Shown piece by piece: positions 29,464 to 40,841 of a stretch of DNA of 64,000 nt. The DNA lies in assembly GCA_044222185.1 (NCBI GenBank), contig JBGANV010000004.1, positions 416,001 to 480,000 of the forward strand. Direction: 5' to 3'. The DNA is from Planctomycetota bacterium (GTDB lineage: Bacteria > Planctomycetota > GCA-002687715 > CAIWVZ01). The first letter of the stretch is position 1. Every line of letters starts with the position of its first letter. The position numbers and the translations under genes were made by a program. Below the pieces are notes generated by a model that was given only the letters and a program-made list of their open reading frames with translations, was not told the origin of the DNA and searched no databases.

Positions 29464-30648
29464 ATGCGTCGCGTCGTCATCACGCATGCCGTTCGGACCC
29501 CGATCGGCAAGTTCCTGGGCCAGTTCAGCGACGTCTCCGCCGTGGATCTCGGCGTCGCGGCGATCACCGGCCTGCTGAAGGGCGCCGGCGTGCCGGCCAC
29601 CGCCGTCGACATGTCGATCCTGGGGTGCGCCCGCCAGGCCGCTCTCGGTCCCAACCCCGGTCGCCAGGCCGCCGTACGCGCCGGCATCCCCGTGGAGAAG
29701 CCGGCCTGGACGATCAACCTGGCGTGCGGTTCCGGGCTGTGGGCCGTCGTCCAGGCGGCGCAGAACATCCAACTCGGGGACGCCGACGTCGTCCTGTGCG
29801 GCGGGTTCGAGAACATGACCCGCGTGCCGTTCCTCCTGCCGCAGATGCGGAAGGGCTATCGGATGGGCCATTCGCCGCTCGTCGACGGCATGTACCAGGA
29901 CGGGTTCCACTGCCCGCTGGCGAACCAGCTCATGGGGGAGACGGCCGACACTCTCGCCCGCCAGTATTCGATCTCCCGCGAGGAGCAGGACGCCTACGCC
30001 GTCCGCTCCCAGAACCGGTACGAGGCGGCGAAGAAGAAGAACCTCTGGCGGGACGAGATCGTTCCCGTCGCCGTGCCTCAGAAATCGGGTCCGGTGACGG
30101 TGGAGGTCGACGAGCATCCGCGTGATGGCGTGACGGCCCCAGACCTCGCCAAGCTCGGGCCGGTATTCGACCCGAAGAACGGCTTCGTGACGGCGGGCAA
30201 CGCGTCGGGGATCGCCGACGGGGCGGCGGCCGTGCTCGTCATGTCCGAGGACGCGGCGAAGGCGCGCGGGCTGAAGCCGCTGGCGGTCATCGAGGGATGG
30301 CAGGCGGCGGGTGTGGATCCCAAGGTGATGGGGCTCGGCCCCGTGCCCGCGACGCGGAAGCTCATGGACAAGCTCGGTCGCAAGGTCGACCAGTACGACG
30401 TCATCGAGCTGAACGAGGCATTCGCGGCGCAGGTCATCGCGTGCGACCGCGAGCTCCACCTCGATCCGGAGCGAGTGAACGTCAACGGCGGGTCGATCGC
30501 CATCGGGCATCCGATCGGATGCACGGGGGCGCGAATCGTGAGCACGCTGCTGCGCGAGGCGCGGCGGCGCGCGGCGCGGCTTGCGCTCGCGACGCTGTGC
30601 ATCAGCGGCGGGCAGGGGATCTCGGTGTCGTTCGAGATGGTCAGATGA
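29464..30648 (+). CDS. Thiolase (acetyl-CoA C-acyltransferase)
   Basis: NLACGSG, NEAFA, GHPIG, LCISGG. Confidence 0.95.
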   Translation: MRRVVITHAVRTPIGKFLGQFSDVSAVDLGVAAITGLLKGAGVPATAVDMSILGCARQAALGPNPGRQAAVRAGIPVEKPAWTINLACGSGLWAVVQAAQNIQLGDADVVLCGGFENMTRVPFLLPQMRKGYRMGHSPLVDGMYQDGFHCPLANQLMGETADTLARQYSISREEQDAYAVRSQNRYEAAKKKNLWRDEIVPVAVPQKSGPVTVEVDEHPRDGVTAPDLAKLGPVFDPKNGFVTAGNASGIADGAAAVLVMSEDAAKARGLKPLAVIEGWQAAGVDPKVMGLGPVPATRKLMDKLGRKVDQYDVIELNEAFAAQVIACDRELHLDPERVNVNGGSIAIGHPIGCTGARIVSTLLREARRRAARLALATLCISGGQGISVSFEMVR

Positions 30649-30728
30649 ACGGCGCGGGGGAGTGCGGGCTCGGCAGCGGAGGCGGTGTGATGATCGGAGG
30701 GGCGGTCGGCGGGACGATGTCGGCCGGA

Positions 30729-30760
30729 CCGGTCCTCCTCGCTTCGCTGCGGTGGACCGG
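30729..30760. repeat. Intergenic REP-like hairpin
   Basis: CCGGTCC...CGCTTCGCTGCG...GGACCGG imperfect inverted repeat. Confidence 0.45.
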
Positions 30761-30891
30761 CGATCCTGCCGCTCGCCGGCGCTGTGCGCCGCTCGAGTGG
30801 CGCTCCGTCGGTTCGCGACGGTCGAGCCGGACTTCGCGCTTTCAGCAATCGTTTTCCGTGTGATTCGTCAAACCCAAATCAAACACCAGCC

Positions 30892-31884
30892 ATGAAAACT
30901 CGAGCGATCATTCCCGTGCTTCTGTTCCTGGTCAGCGTCTCACCCGTGCGCGCGCAAGGCGGCGGCGAGACCCGGTCGCCCGGCTACGCGATCACCCTCT
31001 CATCGCCTCGCACGTTCATCGCCGGCTTCGAGTCACTTCCGCTGAAACTCACGGTGACGAACGAGTCGAAGGCGCCGTCGATGACGCTGAAGCGCGGCGA
31101 CCTGGTGACGGCGAAGTCGTTCATCGGCGCAGGCTACGACCGCAAGGGGCAATGGATGCGGGTCGAATCGGAAGCCGGATCCGGAAGCGTCGATCTCCTC
31201 CCTGGCGAGACCTGGTCGACGAACGTGCAACTGGCGTTGCCCGAGGCCGTGGCCAAGAACCCGGGGCCCGTCACCGTTCAGTGGATCGGCAACGGGGACA
31301 TGAAGGACATCCGCAGCAACGAGCTCACCGTCTCGATCCGCGTGGAGAAGAACCCGGTCGTCACCCTCGAGACGACGGAGGGCCCCATCGTCTTCGAGCT
31401 GTGGCCCGAGAAGGCGCCGAACCACGTCGCCAACCTGGTTTCGTTGGCCCGCGCGGGTTTCTACGACGGCCTCTCGTTCCACCGCGTGATCTCGGGGTTC
31501 ATGATCCAGACCGGTTGTCCCAAGGGCGACGGCATGGGTGACCCGGGCTACAAGATCCCCGCCGAGTTCAACGAGGAAACCTTCGTGAAGGGAACCATCG
31601 GCATGGCGCGCCGTGGTGACAGCGTGGACTCGGCCGGCAGCCAGTTCTTCATCTGCGTCGCGGATCGCAAGGATCTGGACAAGCAATACACGGCCTTCGG
31701 CAAGGTGCTCGAAGGTCAGGACACGGCGGACAAGATCTCGAACGTCCCGCGCGACACCGAACACGGCGACAAGCCGTTCAAGCCGGTGCTCATGCGCAAG
31801 GTGACGGTCGCTACGCCGCCCGACTACAAACTGCCCGAAATCAAGAAGGTGGGCGCCGTCGCCGCCGAGACCAAGAAAGGGTGA
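30892..31884 (+). CDS. Exported cyclophilin-type peptidyl-prolyl isomerase
   Basis: Signal peptide; FYDGLSFHRVISGFMIQTG, MAR..SAGSQFFI, YTAFGKV. Confidence 0.93.
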   Translation: MKTRAIIPVLLFLVSVSPVRAQGGGETRSPGYAITLSSPRTFIAGFESLPLKLTVTNESKAPSMTLKRGDLVTAKSFIGAGYDRKGQWMRVESEAGSGSVDLLPGETWSTNVQLALPEAVAKNPGPVTVQWIGNGDMKDIRSNELTVSIRVEKNPVVTLETTEGPIVFELWPEKAPNHVANLVSLARAGFYDGLSFHRVISGFMIQTGCPKGDGMGDPGYKIPAEFNEETFVKGTIGMARRGDSVDSAGSQFFICVADRKDLDKQYTAFGKVLEGQDTADKISNVPRDTEHGDKPFKPVLMRKVTVATPPDYKLPEIKKVGAVAAETKKG

Positions 31885-31887
31885 GCC

Positions 31888-32682
31888 ATGCGCACCTGTG
31901 AGAACCTCCTCCTCGAACGCGACGGCGGCGTCCTCGTCGTCAAGATCAACCGGCCGGCGAAGCTGAACGCTCTCTCGCGCGCGACGCTCCAAGAGATCCG
32001 CGGGGTCATGGGTGACGTGGCGGCGGACGCCTCCATCGGCGCCGTCGTGATCACGGGAGGCCCCACGGAGAAACGCCCCTCGTTCGTCGCGGGGGCGGAC
32101 ATCGCCGAGCTCGCCGAGATGGGCATGCTGTCGGCACGGGATCACGCGATCCTCGGGCAGTCGGCGTTCCAGGCGGTGGAGGCTTCGCCGGTGCCGGTGA
32201 TCGCGGCCATCAACGGGTTCGCGCTCGGCGGTGGTCTCGAACTCGCCATGTCGTGTCACATCCGATACGCCGCGAACGTGGCGACGATGGGTCAGCCGGA
32301 GATCAACCTGGGGATCATCCCCGGGTTCGCCGGCACGCAGCGCCTGCCGCGGCTCGTGGGCCAGGGCGTGGCACTCGAGCTGCTGCTCTCGGGCGATGCG
32401 ATCAACGCCGAGACGGCGCTTCGCATCGGCCTCGTCAACAAGGTCTGCGAGCCCACCGAGCTGATGGCCGCCGTGATGGAGCTGGCGAAGAAGCTCGCGT
32501 CGAAGGCGCCCATCGCCCGCAAGCTCATCCTCGACGCGGTGATTCGCGGGATGTCCATGCCGTTCCTCGCGGCGCAATCACTGGAGGCCGACCTCTTCGG
32601 CGTCGCCGGCGGGACGGAGGACACGAAGGACGGACTGCGTGCGTTCCTCGAGAAGCGTCAGGCGACGTGGAAAGGCAAGTGA
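31888..32682 (+). CDS. Enoyl-CoA hydratase (crotonase)
   Basis: FVAGADI, NGFALGGGLE, QPEINLGIIPGFAGTQRL. Confidence 0.95.
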   Translation: MRTCENLLLERDGGVLVVKINRPAKLNALSRATLQEIRGVMGDVAADASIGAVVITGGPTEKRPSFVAGADIAELAEMGMLSARDHAILGQSAFQAVEASPVPVIAAINGFALGGGLELAMSCHIRYAANVATMGQPEINLGIIPGFAGTQRLPRLVGQGVALELLLSGDAINAETALRIGLVNKVCEPTELMAAVMELAKKLASKAPIARKLILDAVIRGMSMPFLAAQSLEADLFGVAGGTEDTKDGLRAFLEKRQATWKGK

Positions 32683-32683
32683 G

Positions 32684-33889
32684 ATGAGCCGAAACGAGAT
32701 CATCATCGCCGGCGGCAAGCGCACGGCGATGGCCGAGTATTGCGGGACGCCCGGCTTCGGGTTGTTCAAGGACGTGTCGGCGACCGAACTCGGCGCCCAC
32801 GCGATCCGCGGCGCCCTCGAGGACGCGGGCGTGAAGCCCGACCAGGTCGAGCACGTCGTGATGGGCAACGCCATGCAGACGGCGGTGGACGCGCACTACG
32901 GCGCGCGACACTCGGCGCTGAAGGCGGGGATCCCCGTCGAGGTGCCCGCGCTCACCGTCAATCGCATCTGCGGGTCGGGCATTCAGAGCGTGGTGAACGC
33001 CGCGCAGATGCTGCTCCTCGACGAAGCGAGCGTCACCGTTGCCGGCGGCATGGAAAACATGAGCCAGGCGCCGTTCTGCCTCTACGGCAACGAGATGCGC
33101 GTCGGCATCCGATTCGGTTCGCAGCCCAAGCTCACGGACTACCTGTTCCAGGGGCTTCACGACACGTTCTGCAACAGCTTCATGGCGCAGACGGCGGAGA
33201 AGGCGGCGCGTGAAGTGGGCGTCTCACGCGCCGAGGGCGACGAGTACGCGTTCCGCAGCCACCAGCTCGGCTCGAAGGCGGCTGCCGCGGGTCGCTTCGA
33301 TCGCGAGATCGTGGCCGTCAAGGTGAAGCAGGGGCGCAAGGAAGTCGCCGTCACGCGGGACGACCACATCAAGCCGGAGACGACGCTGGAAGCGCTCGCG
33401 GGGCTCCGGCCGGCGTTCGGCGACGACGGACTCGTCACGGCCGGCAACGCGTCCGGGATCGTCGACGGCGCGGCCGCCCTCGTCGTGACGACCGCCGCCA
33501 AGGCTTCGGCGCTGGGGTTGAAGACGCGGGCTCGCATCACCGCGTGGCACATCGCCGGGATCCGTCCCGACATCATGGCCCTGGGCCCGGTCCCCGCCAT
33601 CGAAGGCCTGTTCAAGAAGACGGGACTGTCGGCCAAGGACGTCGACCTCTTCGAGATCAACGAAGCGTTCGCGCCCCAGGTCGTCGCCTGCGAGAAGGCG
33701 CTGAAGCTCGACCGCAGCCGCTTGAACGTCAACGGCGGCGCCGTGGCGCTGGGGCATCCGCTGGGTGCATCCGGCACGCGGCTCCTGATCACGCTCATGC
33801 ACGAGATGGAGATCCGCGGCGTCAAGCGCGGGATCGCGTCGGCGTGCATCGGCGGCGGTCAGGGCATCGCCATGATGATCGAGCGCTGA
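32684..33889 (+). CDS. Thiolase (acetyl-CoA C-acyltransferase)
   Basis: NRICGSG, NEAFA, GHPLG, ACIGGGQG. Confidence 0.95.
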   Translation: MSRNEIIIAGGKRTAMAEYCGTPGFGLFKDVSATELGAHAIRGALEDAGVKPDQVEHVVMGNAMQTAVDAHYGARHSALKAGIPVEVPALTVNRICGSGIQSVVNAAQMLLLDEASVTVAGGMENMSQAPFCLYGNEMRVGIRFGSQPKLTDYLFQGLHDTFCNSFMAQTAEKAAREVGVSRAEGDEYAFRSHQLGSKAAAAGRFDREIVAVKVKQGRKEVAVTRDDHIKPETTLEALAGLRPAFGDDGLVTAGNASGIVDGAAALVVTTAAKASALGLKTRARITAWHIAGIRPDIMALGPVPAIEGLFKKTGLSAKDVDLFEINEAFAPQVVACEKALKLDRSRLNVNGGAVALGHPLGASGTRLLITLMHEMEIRGVKRGIASACIGGGQGIAMMIER

Positions 33890-33895
33890 ACCGCT

Positions 33896-33919
33896 GGCGC
33901 CGCACGATCGTGCGGCGCC
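33896..33919. repeat. Perfect 24-bp palindrome
   Basis: GGCGCCGCACGA|TCGTGCGGCGCC just after the thiolase stop. Confidence 0.85.
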
Positions 33920-33943
33920 GCCCTCACCAAACTGGATCCATTT

Positions 33944-35944
<2,001 letters not shown>

Positions 35945-36177
35945 CCGGCGGTCGAACGCGGCCGTCGGGGCCGGTGCACGCCGTCCACATCGCCGATCGC
36001 ACTCGGAGGTCGCGTTTTCCTCCTCCAAGAGCATGAGGCCCGCTCATGCGCACGCGGCGTCGTCAAGATGCCGCGGCTGGCACGTCGACAGTCTCAGGTG
36101 GGACCGGCACGGTAGACGCCGCGCCGGGTTGGAGCGGAACTCGCTCGAACCGGAAGTCCCGTGGAGGCGGAGGGATC

Positions 36178-36834
36178 ATGTCGACGACTCAGGCGGTCGG
36201 CGCTGGCGAGATGGCGAACGTGCGTGCGCGGACCAACCCGCTCACGACACGCAAGGTGCGCATGGCCCCGAGCTTCTTCCGACGTCGTCGTTTCATCGTG
36301 GACTGGCGGTTCCAGCTCGGGCTGGCGGGCGTGATGATGTCGCTCGTCGGGCTCTTCGGTCTCCTGGTCGGGCTCGCGCTCTTCCTTCCGCCCGCGCTCG
36401 AGTATCTCGCCGTGAGTGAGAACCCGGCCATGGCGGCTCAGGCGGCCGAGCGTGTGCTGTACTTCGATGCGGCGTTCTGGCCGGCAGTGTTGTTAGGCGC
36501 AGCGACCGTCTTCGTGATGGTCATCCGGACGTCGCATCGGATCGCCGGACCCCTCTACCGGATGAAGAAGGTGATCGGCGAAGTGTCGGCGGGCTTCGTT
36601 CCCCCGCAATTCAAGCTGCGCTCGGGCGATTATCTCCAGGACGAAGCCGTCTGCGTGAATCGCATGCTGGCGGTACTCCGCGAGCACGCGAGTGATCTCG
36701 CCGAGATGCGCCACGCCATCCAGGACGTACGCGACCGGCTCGACGCGCGTGAGGATGACCCGGTCGCGAAGGACGCTTCGAAGGTGCTGGCGAAGGCCTC
36801 CGAGAAGCTCACTCTCTTCATGGTGCGGTCATGA
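36178..36834 (+). CDS. Two-TM membrane protein with HAMP-like segment
   Basis: RRRRFIVDWRFQ, SHRIAGPLYR, LRSGD; start uncertain. Confidence 0.8.
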   Translation: MSTTQAVGAGEMANVRARTNPLTTRKVRMAPSFFRRRRFIVDWRFQLGLAGVMMSLVGLFGLLVGLALFLPPALEYLAVSENPAMAAQAAERVLYFDAAFWPAVLLGAATVFVMVIRTSHRIAGPLYRMKKVIGEVSAGFVPPQFKLRSGDYLQDEAVCVNRMLAVLREHASDLAEMRHAIQDVRDRLDAREDDPVAKDASKVLAKASEKLTLFMVRS

Positions 36835-37604
36835 GCGGGCGTGCTTCCGCATCGCACCGGGCCGGTCAACGAGGGTTGACCCTGGTGGAGATCATCATCG
36901 TGATTTCCATCGTCGGCGTCGTGATCGGCATGGCGATCCCCACCTACACCAAGATCGTCGGCAGCTCGTCGAAGACGAAGGGCGTCAACGACATGACGAC
37001 GATCATGACGGCCATCGACACGTACAAGAAGGAGCACGGCTATCTGCCGCGTTCACTCGTGGAGCTGGGACTGGATCATCTACGCGATCCATGGGGACGA
37101 CCCTACGTGTACGTGCCGCTGTCGGAGACTGCGCCGATCGGCGGACCGAACGCGAATGCAGACGGCAACGACGGCGAAAACGGGAACGCGGGCGAAGCCG
37201 GCAGCGAGAGCACCAACGCGGCCGAGAGTGGGAACGCACACGGCAGCGGCGGAAGCAGTGGCTACGGAAGCGTGAACTCGAACACGATCAGCAGCATCAT
37301 CTCGAATGAAAACGCGAATGCCGGAAGCTCCGGATCCACGAACGCCAGCACAAGCTACGCTGCGTCGAGCGAACCCAGGGCCGAGCGTGGCGGCCCGTCA
37401 CCAGCGAACGGCGGCCCCATGCCGACGATCAACATCGGGAGGGCACGGAAGGACCACAACCTCGTCCCGATCAACGGCGACTACGACCTGTACAGCGTCG
37501 GTGCGGACGGAAAGAGCGCTCCCGCGCTCACCGCAGAGGTGAGTCAGGACGACCTCGTCCGCGCCAACAACGGCGCGTTCGTCGGGTTCGCGCGAGACTA
37601 CTGA
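36831..37604 (+). CDS. Prepilin-type (GspG-like) pseudopilin with low-complexity insert
   Basis: RG|LTLVEII cleavage/methylation site, DPWGRPY, YDLYSVGADG. Confidence 0.9.
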   Translation: MSGRASASHRAGQRGLTLVEIIIVISIVGVVIGMAIPTYTKIVGSSSKTKGVNDMTTIMTAIDTYKKEHGYLPRSLVELGLDHLRDPWGRPYVYVPLSETAPIGGPNANADGNDGENGNAGEAGSESTNAAESGNAHGSGGSSGYGSVNSNTISSIISNENANAGSSGSTNASTSYAASSEPRAERGGPSPANGGPMPTINIGRARKDHNLVPINGDYDLYSVGADGKSAPALTAEVSQDDLVRANNGAFVGFARDY

Positions 37605-37634
37605 GCGGGACGCACGGGAGTCTCCGGCACGACC

Positions 37635-40262
37635 ATGCTTCGCATCCCAAGGCTGATCTCGGAACAATTCGTGCGCAGCCGGCTCGCCCGGCGGGTCTTC
37701 GGTCTCGTCGTCGCCTGCGCGCTCGTTCCGCTCGCCCTGTTCGCCGTCGTGACGCAGTTGCAGGTGGGCGACGAGATCCGGGCACGTGCCGAGGCGCTCG
37801 TCCGGCACGAAGCCAAGATGTCCGGCGTCATCTTCTACGAGCGCTTGATCGTCCTCCTCTCCGACATGCGGACGCTCGCCAGCGATCTGAGGACGCGCGG
37901 CGGCGTCGACGCGGCCAGTCTCTCGCAGGAGTTGAGCGAGCTGTGGCGCGCGCGCGTCACATCGCTCGGGGTTGGGAGTTCGGACGGGTACTCCCGCGCA
38001 TTCATCGGAGCCAGGTTCTCGTTGCCGGAGTTCGACGCCGCGCAGCGCCAGCATCTGGCCCGCGGACCCGAGTTGCTCGTGTTGCGACCGGGGAACGTGA
38101 CGAATCCCCTCCAGCTCGTGATGACCTTCGACGATGCAAGGAGGGGCCGGTGCTACCTCGTCGCGGAGCCGAGCCCCGCATTCATCTGGAACCCGGACGG
38201 ATGGTTCACGCCGGACAGCGCGGTCGCCGTCATGTCGCCGTCTGGCGCCGGGCTGTTCACCTCGGTCGACGACCCGCCGCCGACGACCGTGATGGCGCAG
38301 GCGATCGAGAAGGATCCGTCCCAGGGAGCGCTGGCGTTCGGGGACGGTGACCGCGCCGAAGTCGGTGCCTACCGGACGTTGTTCCTCGAGCCCCACCTCG
38401 GGACGAATCTCCTCATCGTCCAGCATCGGCCAGTGCGTGACATCGAGGCGCCACTGTCGTCGTTCCGCTTCTGGTTCATCCAGGTAGCGACGCTGGCACT
38501 GCTCGGTGTCGCATTCGCGAGTTCCAAGATGATCCGCAGGATCCTCGCGCCGGTCGATCAGCTGCTCGCCGCGACGCAGCGAGTGGCACAGAAGGACTTC
38601 GAGTCCCGCGTGGCGATCACGTCACGGGACGAGCTCGGCGACCTGGGTCGGTCGTTCAACGAGATGACGGCGTCGCTCGCGCGCCATGAGAACGTCATGA
38701 CGGCGGTCAACGACATCGGCAGCACGCTCGGACGCACGCGCGACCCGGCGTCGATGATCGAGCAGATCGTCGGTGCCGGCGCGACGCTGTTCAACGCTGA
38801 TGGTGCCGCGGTCTACCTCAATGGAAGCGACGGGGTGCTCGGCCTTGCGCGCATGCGCATCGCGTCCCTCGACCTCACCATCGCCGGCAACTCGCCGGAG
38901 GCCGAGCGTCTCGAAACGGGCGCGTGTTCGCGCGTGCTTCACTCGATCGTCAGCGTCGAAGACGTGTACCGCCAGGATCCAGTGGCGTTCGAGCCGCAGC
39001 GCAAGCTCGACGAGGTCCTCGGCTACCACACGCGTTCGTTGCTCAACGTGCCCATGCGGGATCACGAAGGCGAACTGATCGGCGTCCTCCGCCTGTTCAA
39101 CGCCCGGAACCCCGAGACCGGCGAGGTCGTCACGTTCTCCGGGGAGGCCCTCCAACTCGCGGAGTCGCTCGCGGCACAGGCGGCCATCGCCGTGACGAAC
39201 AACAAGCTCGTCGCGGAGTTCAAGAACCTGTTCGACTCGCTGATTCAACTGCTCGCGGTCGCCATCGACGAGAAGTCGCCCTACACGGGCGGACACTGCA
39301 GGCGCGTTCCCGAAATCACCATGCTGATCGCGGATGCCGTCAGCCGTACGGCCACCGGCCCGTTTCGCGAGGTGTCGTTCTCGCCCGACGAGCTGTACGA
39401 GCTCAAGGTGGCCGCGCTGCTTCACGACTGCGGCAAGGTCGCGACCCCCGTCCACGTCGTCGACAAGGCGACTAAGCTCGAGACGATTCACGACCGGATC
39501 GAACTCGTGGACACGCGCTTCGAGGTCGTGCGGCGGGATCTCGAGCTTCGCGCCCTGGGCGAGGTGCGGCGGGAGTCCAGAAGCGGCGAGTCGGGCCGTG
39601 CCCCGAGCGCGCGACACGAGGAGGCCATCCGTCAGCTCGAGAGCGACCGCGCGTTCCTCCGCAAGGCGAACATCGGTTCGGAGTTCATGACGGCCGAGCA
39701 TCGGGAACGCGTTCGCGACATCTCACGCCGCTATCGGTGGCGCAACGTCGCGGGCGAGGAGGTCGATTTCCTCACGGCGGACGAGATCGAGAACCTCACC
39801 ATCCCCAAGGGCACGCTCAACCAGACGGAACGCGAGATCATCAATCTCCACGTCACGTCGACGATCCGCATGCTCCAGGCGCTGCCCTACCCGCGTGCGC
39901 TGCGGCGCGTGCCCGAGATCGCGGGCGCGCACCACGAGCGCATGGACGGCAAGGGGTATCCGCACGGATTGCGGCGCGACGACATCTCCCTTCAAGGCCG
40001 GATTCTCGGCCTCGCCGACATCTTCGAGGCGCTGACGGCCAAGGATCGCCCCTACAAGCCGGGCAAGAAGCTCAGCGAAGTCATGACGATCATGGGGCAC
40101 ATGGCGAACGAGGGGCACGTCGATCGGGACCTGTTCCGCCTGTTCGTCGAACAGCGCGTCTACCTGGATTACGCGCGGAGCATGCTCGATCCCGAGCAGG
40201 TCGACGCCGTGGACGTCGCGCGGATACCGAGCCTCGAGCAGCCCGAGTTCGCGTTCTCCTGA
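37635..40262 (+). CDS. Membrane HAMP-GAF-HD-GYP cyclic dinucleotide phosphodiesterase
   Basis: Two TMs, HAMP DELGDLGRSFNEM, GAF GYHTRSLLNVPM, LLHDCGK, HHERMDGKGYP. Confidence 0.93.
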   Translation: MLRIPRLISEQFVRSRLARRVFGLVVACALVPLALFAVVTQLQVGDEIRARAEALVRHEAKMSGVIFYERLIVLLSDMRTLASDLRTRGGVDAASLSQELSELWRARVTSLGVGSSDGYSRAFIGARFSLPEFDAAQRQHLARGPELLVLRPGNVTNPLQLVMTFDDARRGRCYLVAEPSPAFIWNPDGWFTPDSAVAVMSPSGAGLFTSVDDPPPTTVMAQAIEKDPSQGALAFGDGDRAEVGAYRTLFLEPHLGTNLLIVQHRPVRDIEAPLSSFRFWFIQVATLALLGVAFASSKMIRRILAPVDQLLAATQRVAQKDFESRVAITSRDELGDLGRSFNEMTASLARHENVMTAVNDIGSTLGRTRDPASMIEQIVGAGATLFNADGAAVYLNGSDGVLGLARMRIASLDLTIAGNSPEAERLETGACSRVLHSIVSVEDVYRQDPVAFEPQRKLDEVLGYHTRSLLNVPMRDHEGELIGVLRLFNARNPETGEVVTFSGEALQLAESLAAQAAIAVTNNKLVAEFKNLFDSLIQLLAVAIDEKSPYTGGHCRRVPEITMLIADAVSRTATGPFREVSFSPDELYELKVAALLHDCGKVATPVHVVDKATKLETIHDRIELVDTRFEVVRRDLELRALGEVRRESRSGESGRAPSARHEEAIRQLESDRAFLRKANIGSEFMTAEHRERVRDISRRYRWRNVAGEEVDFLTADEIENLTIPKGTLNQTEREIINLHVTSTIRMLQALPYPRALRRVPEIAGAHHERMDGKGYPHGLRRDDISLQGRILGLADIFEALTAKDRPYKPGKKLSEVMTIMGHMANEGHVDRDLFRLFVEQRVYLDYARSMLDPEQVDAVDVARIPSLEQPEFAFS

Positions 40263-40383
40263 GTCCTCGCTGGAGCGCGCTCTCACCGCTGGCCGCGCTG
40301 GCGCTGAATGCGGATTGAAGGCGCCCGCGCCGATGCCAGAATCGCCGGCCTGCAGAAGCCAAGTGCGCGACGACGGGGAGACC

Positions 40384-40575
40384 ATGGAGGTTCGATTCGA
40401 TTGCGTGTTCGAGGGGAAGAGGATCTTCCAGGTCGTCCATTCCCAGAGTGACGCGGCGCTGTTCACCGGTACCGCAGCGCAGTGCAAGCGATTCCTCGAG
40501 ATCCATCACGAGAAGGCTGATCGGGCGAGCGGGGTGAGGCGACCCGGGACATCCGATCTCTCGACGGAAGGTTGA
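40384..40575 (+). CDS. Small hypothetical protein (63 aa)
   Basis: GGGGAG RBS before ATG; protein-like composition (MEVRFDCVFEGKRIFQVV..). Confidence 0.5.
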   Translation: MEVRFDCVFEGKRIFQVVHSQSDAALFTGTAAQCKRFLEIHHEKADRASGVRRPGTSDLSTEG

Positions 40576-40841
40576 CGAGGCAGTGCGGCGGTGCGGGCTC
40601 CGGCTGGGGCGCGCCCTCCGACAAAAGAGCCGGCGAAGTTTGTTGCGCCGCCGAAGCGGCCACTGTAGTCTCGCGCCCCGTTGCTCCGGCCCGCCGCGGG
40701 CCGCTGCGTTTGAAGAGGGATGGACCTGGGGTTCGCATCGCCGCGTTGTGGCGACCGAAATGGCGTGGCATCGCTACGTGCGGGTTTCTCGTACGGACTG
40801 GCCAAACCAGGGCTTGTCGCATTCAACCGGAGTCGATGGGA

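Noticed and set aside
40760-40820. Sigma54 promoter for the DyP-GRE operon
   Set aside because: TGGC..GC candidates have the wrong spacing or a poor -12 match
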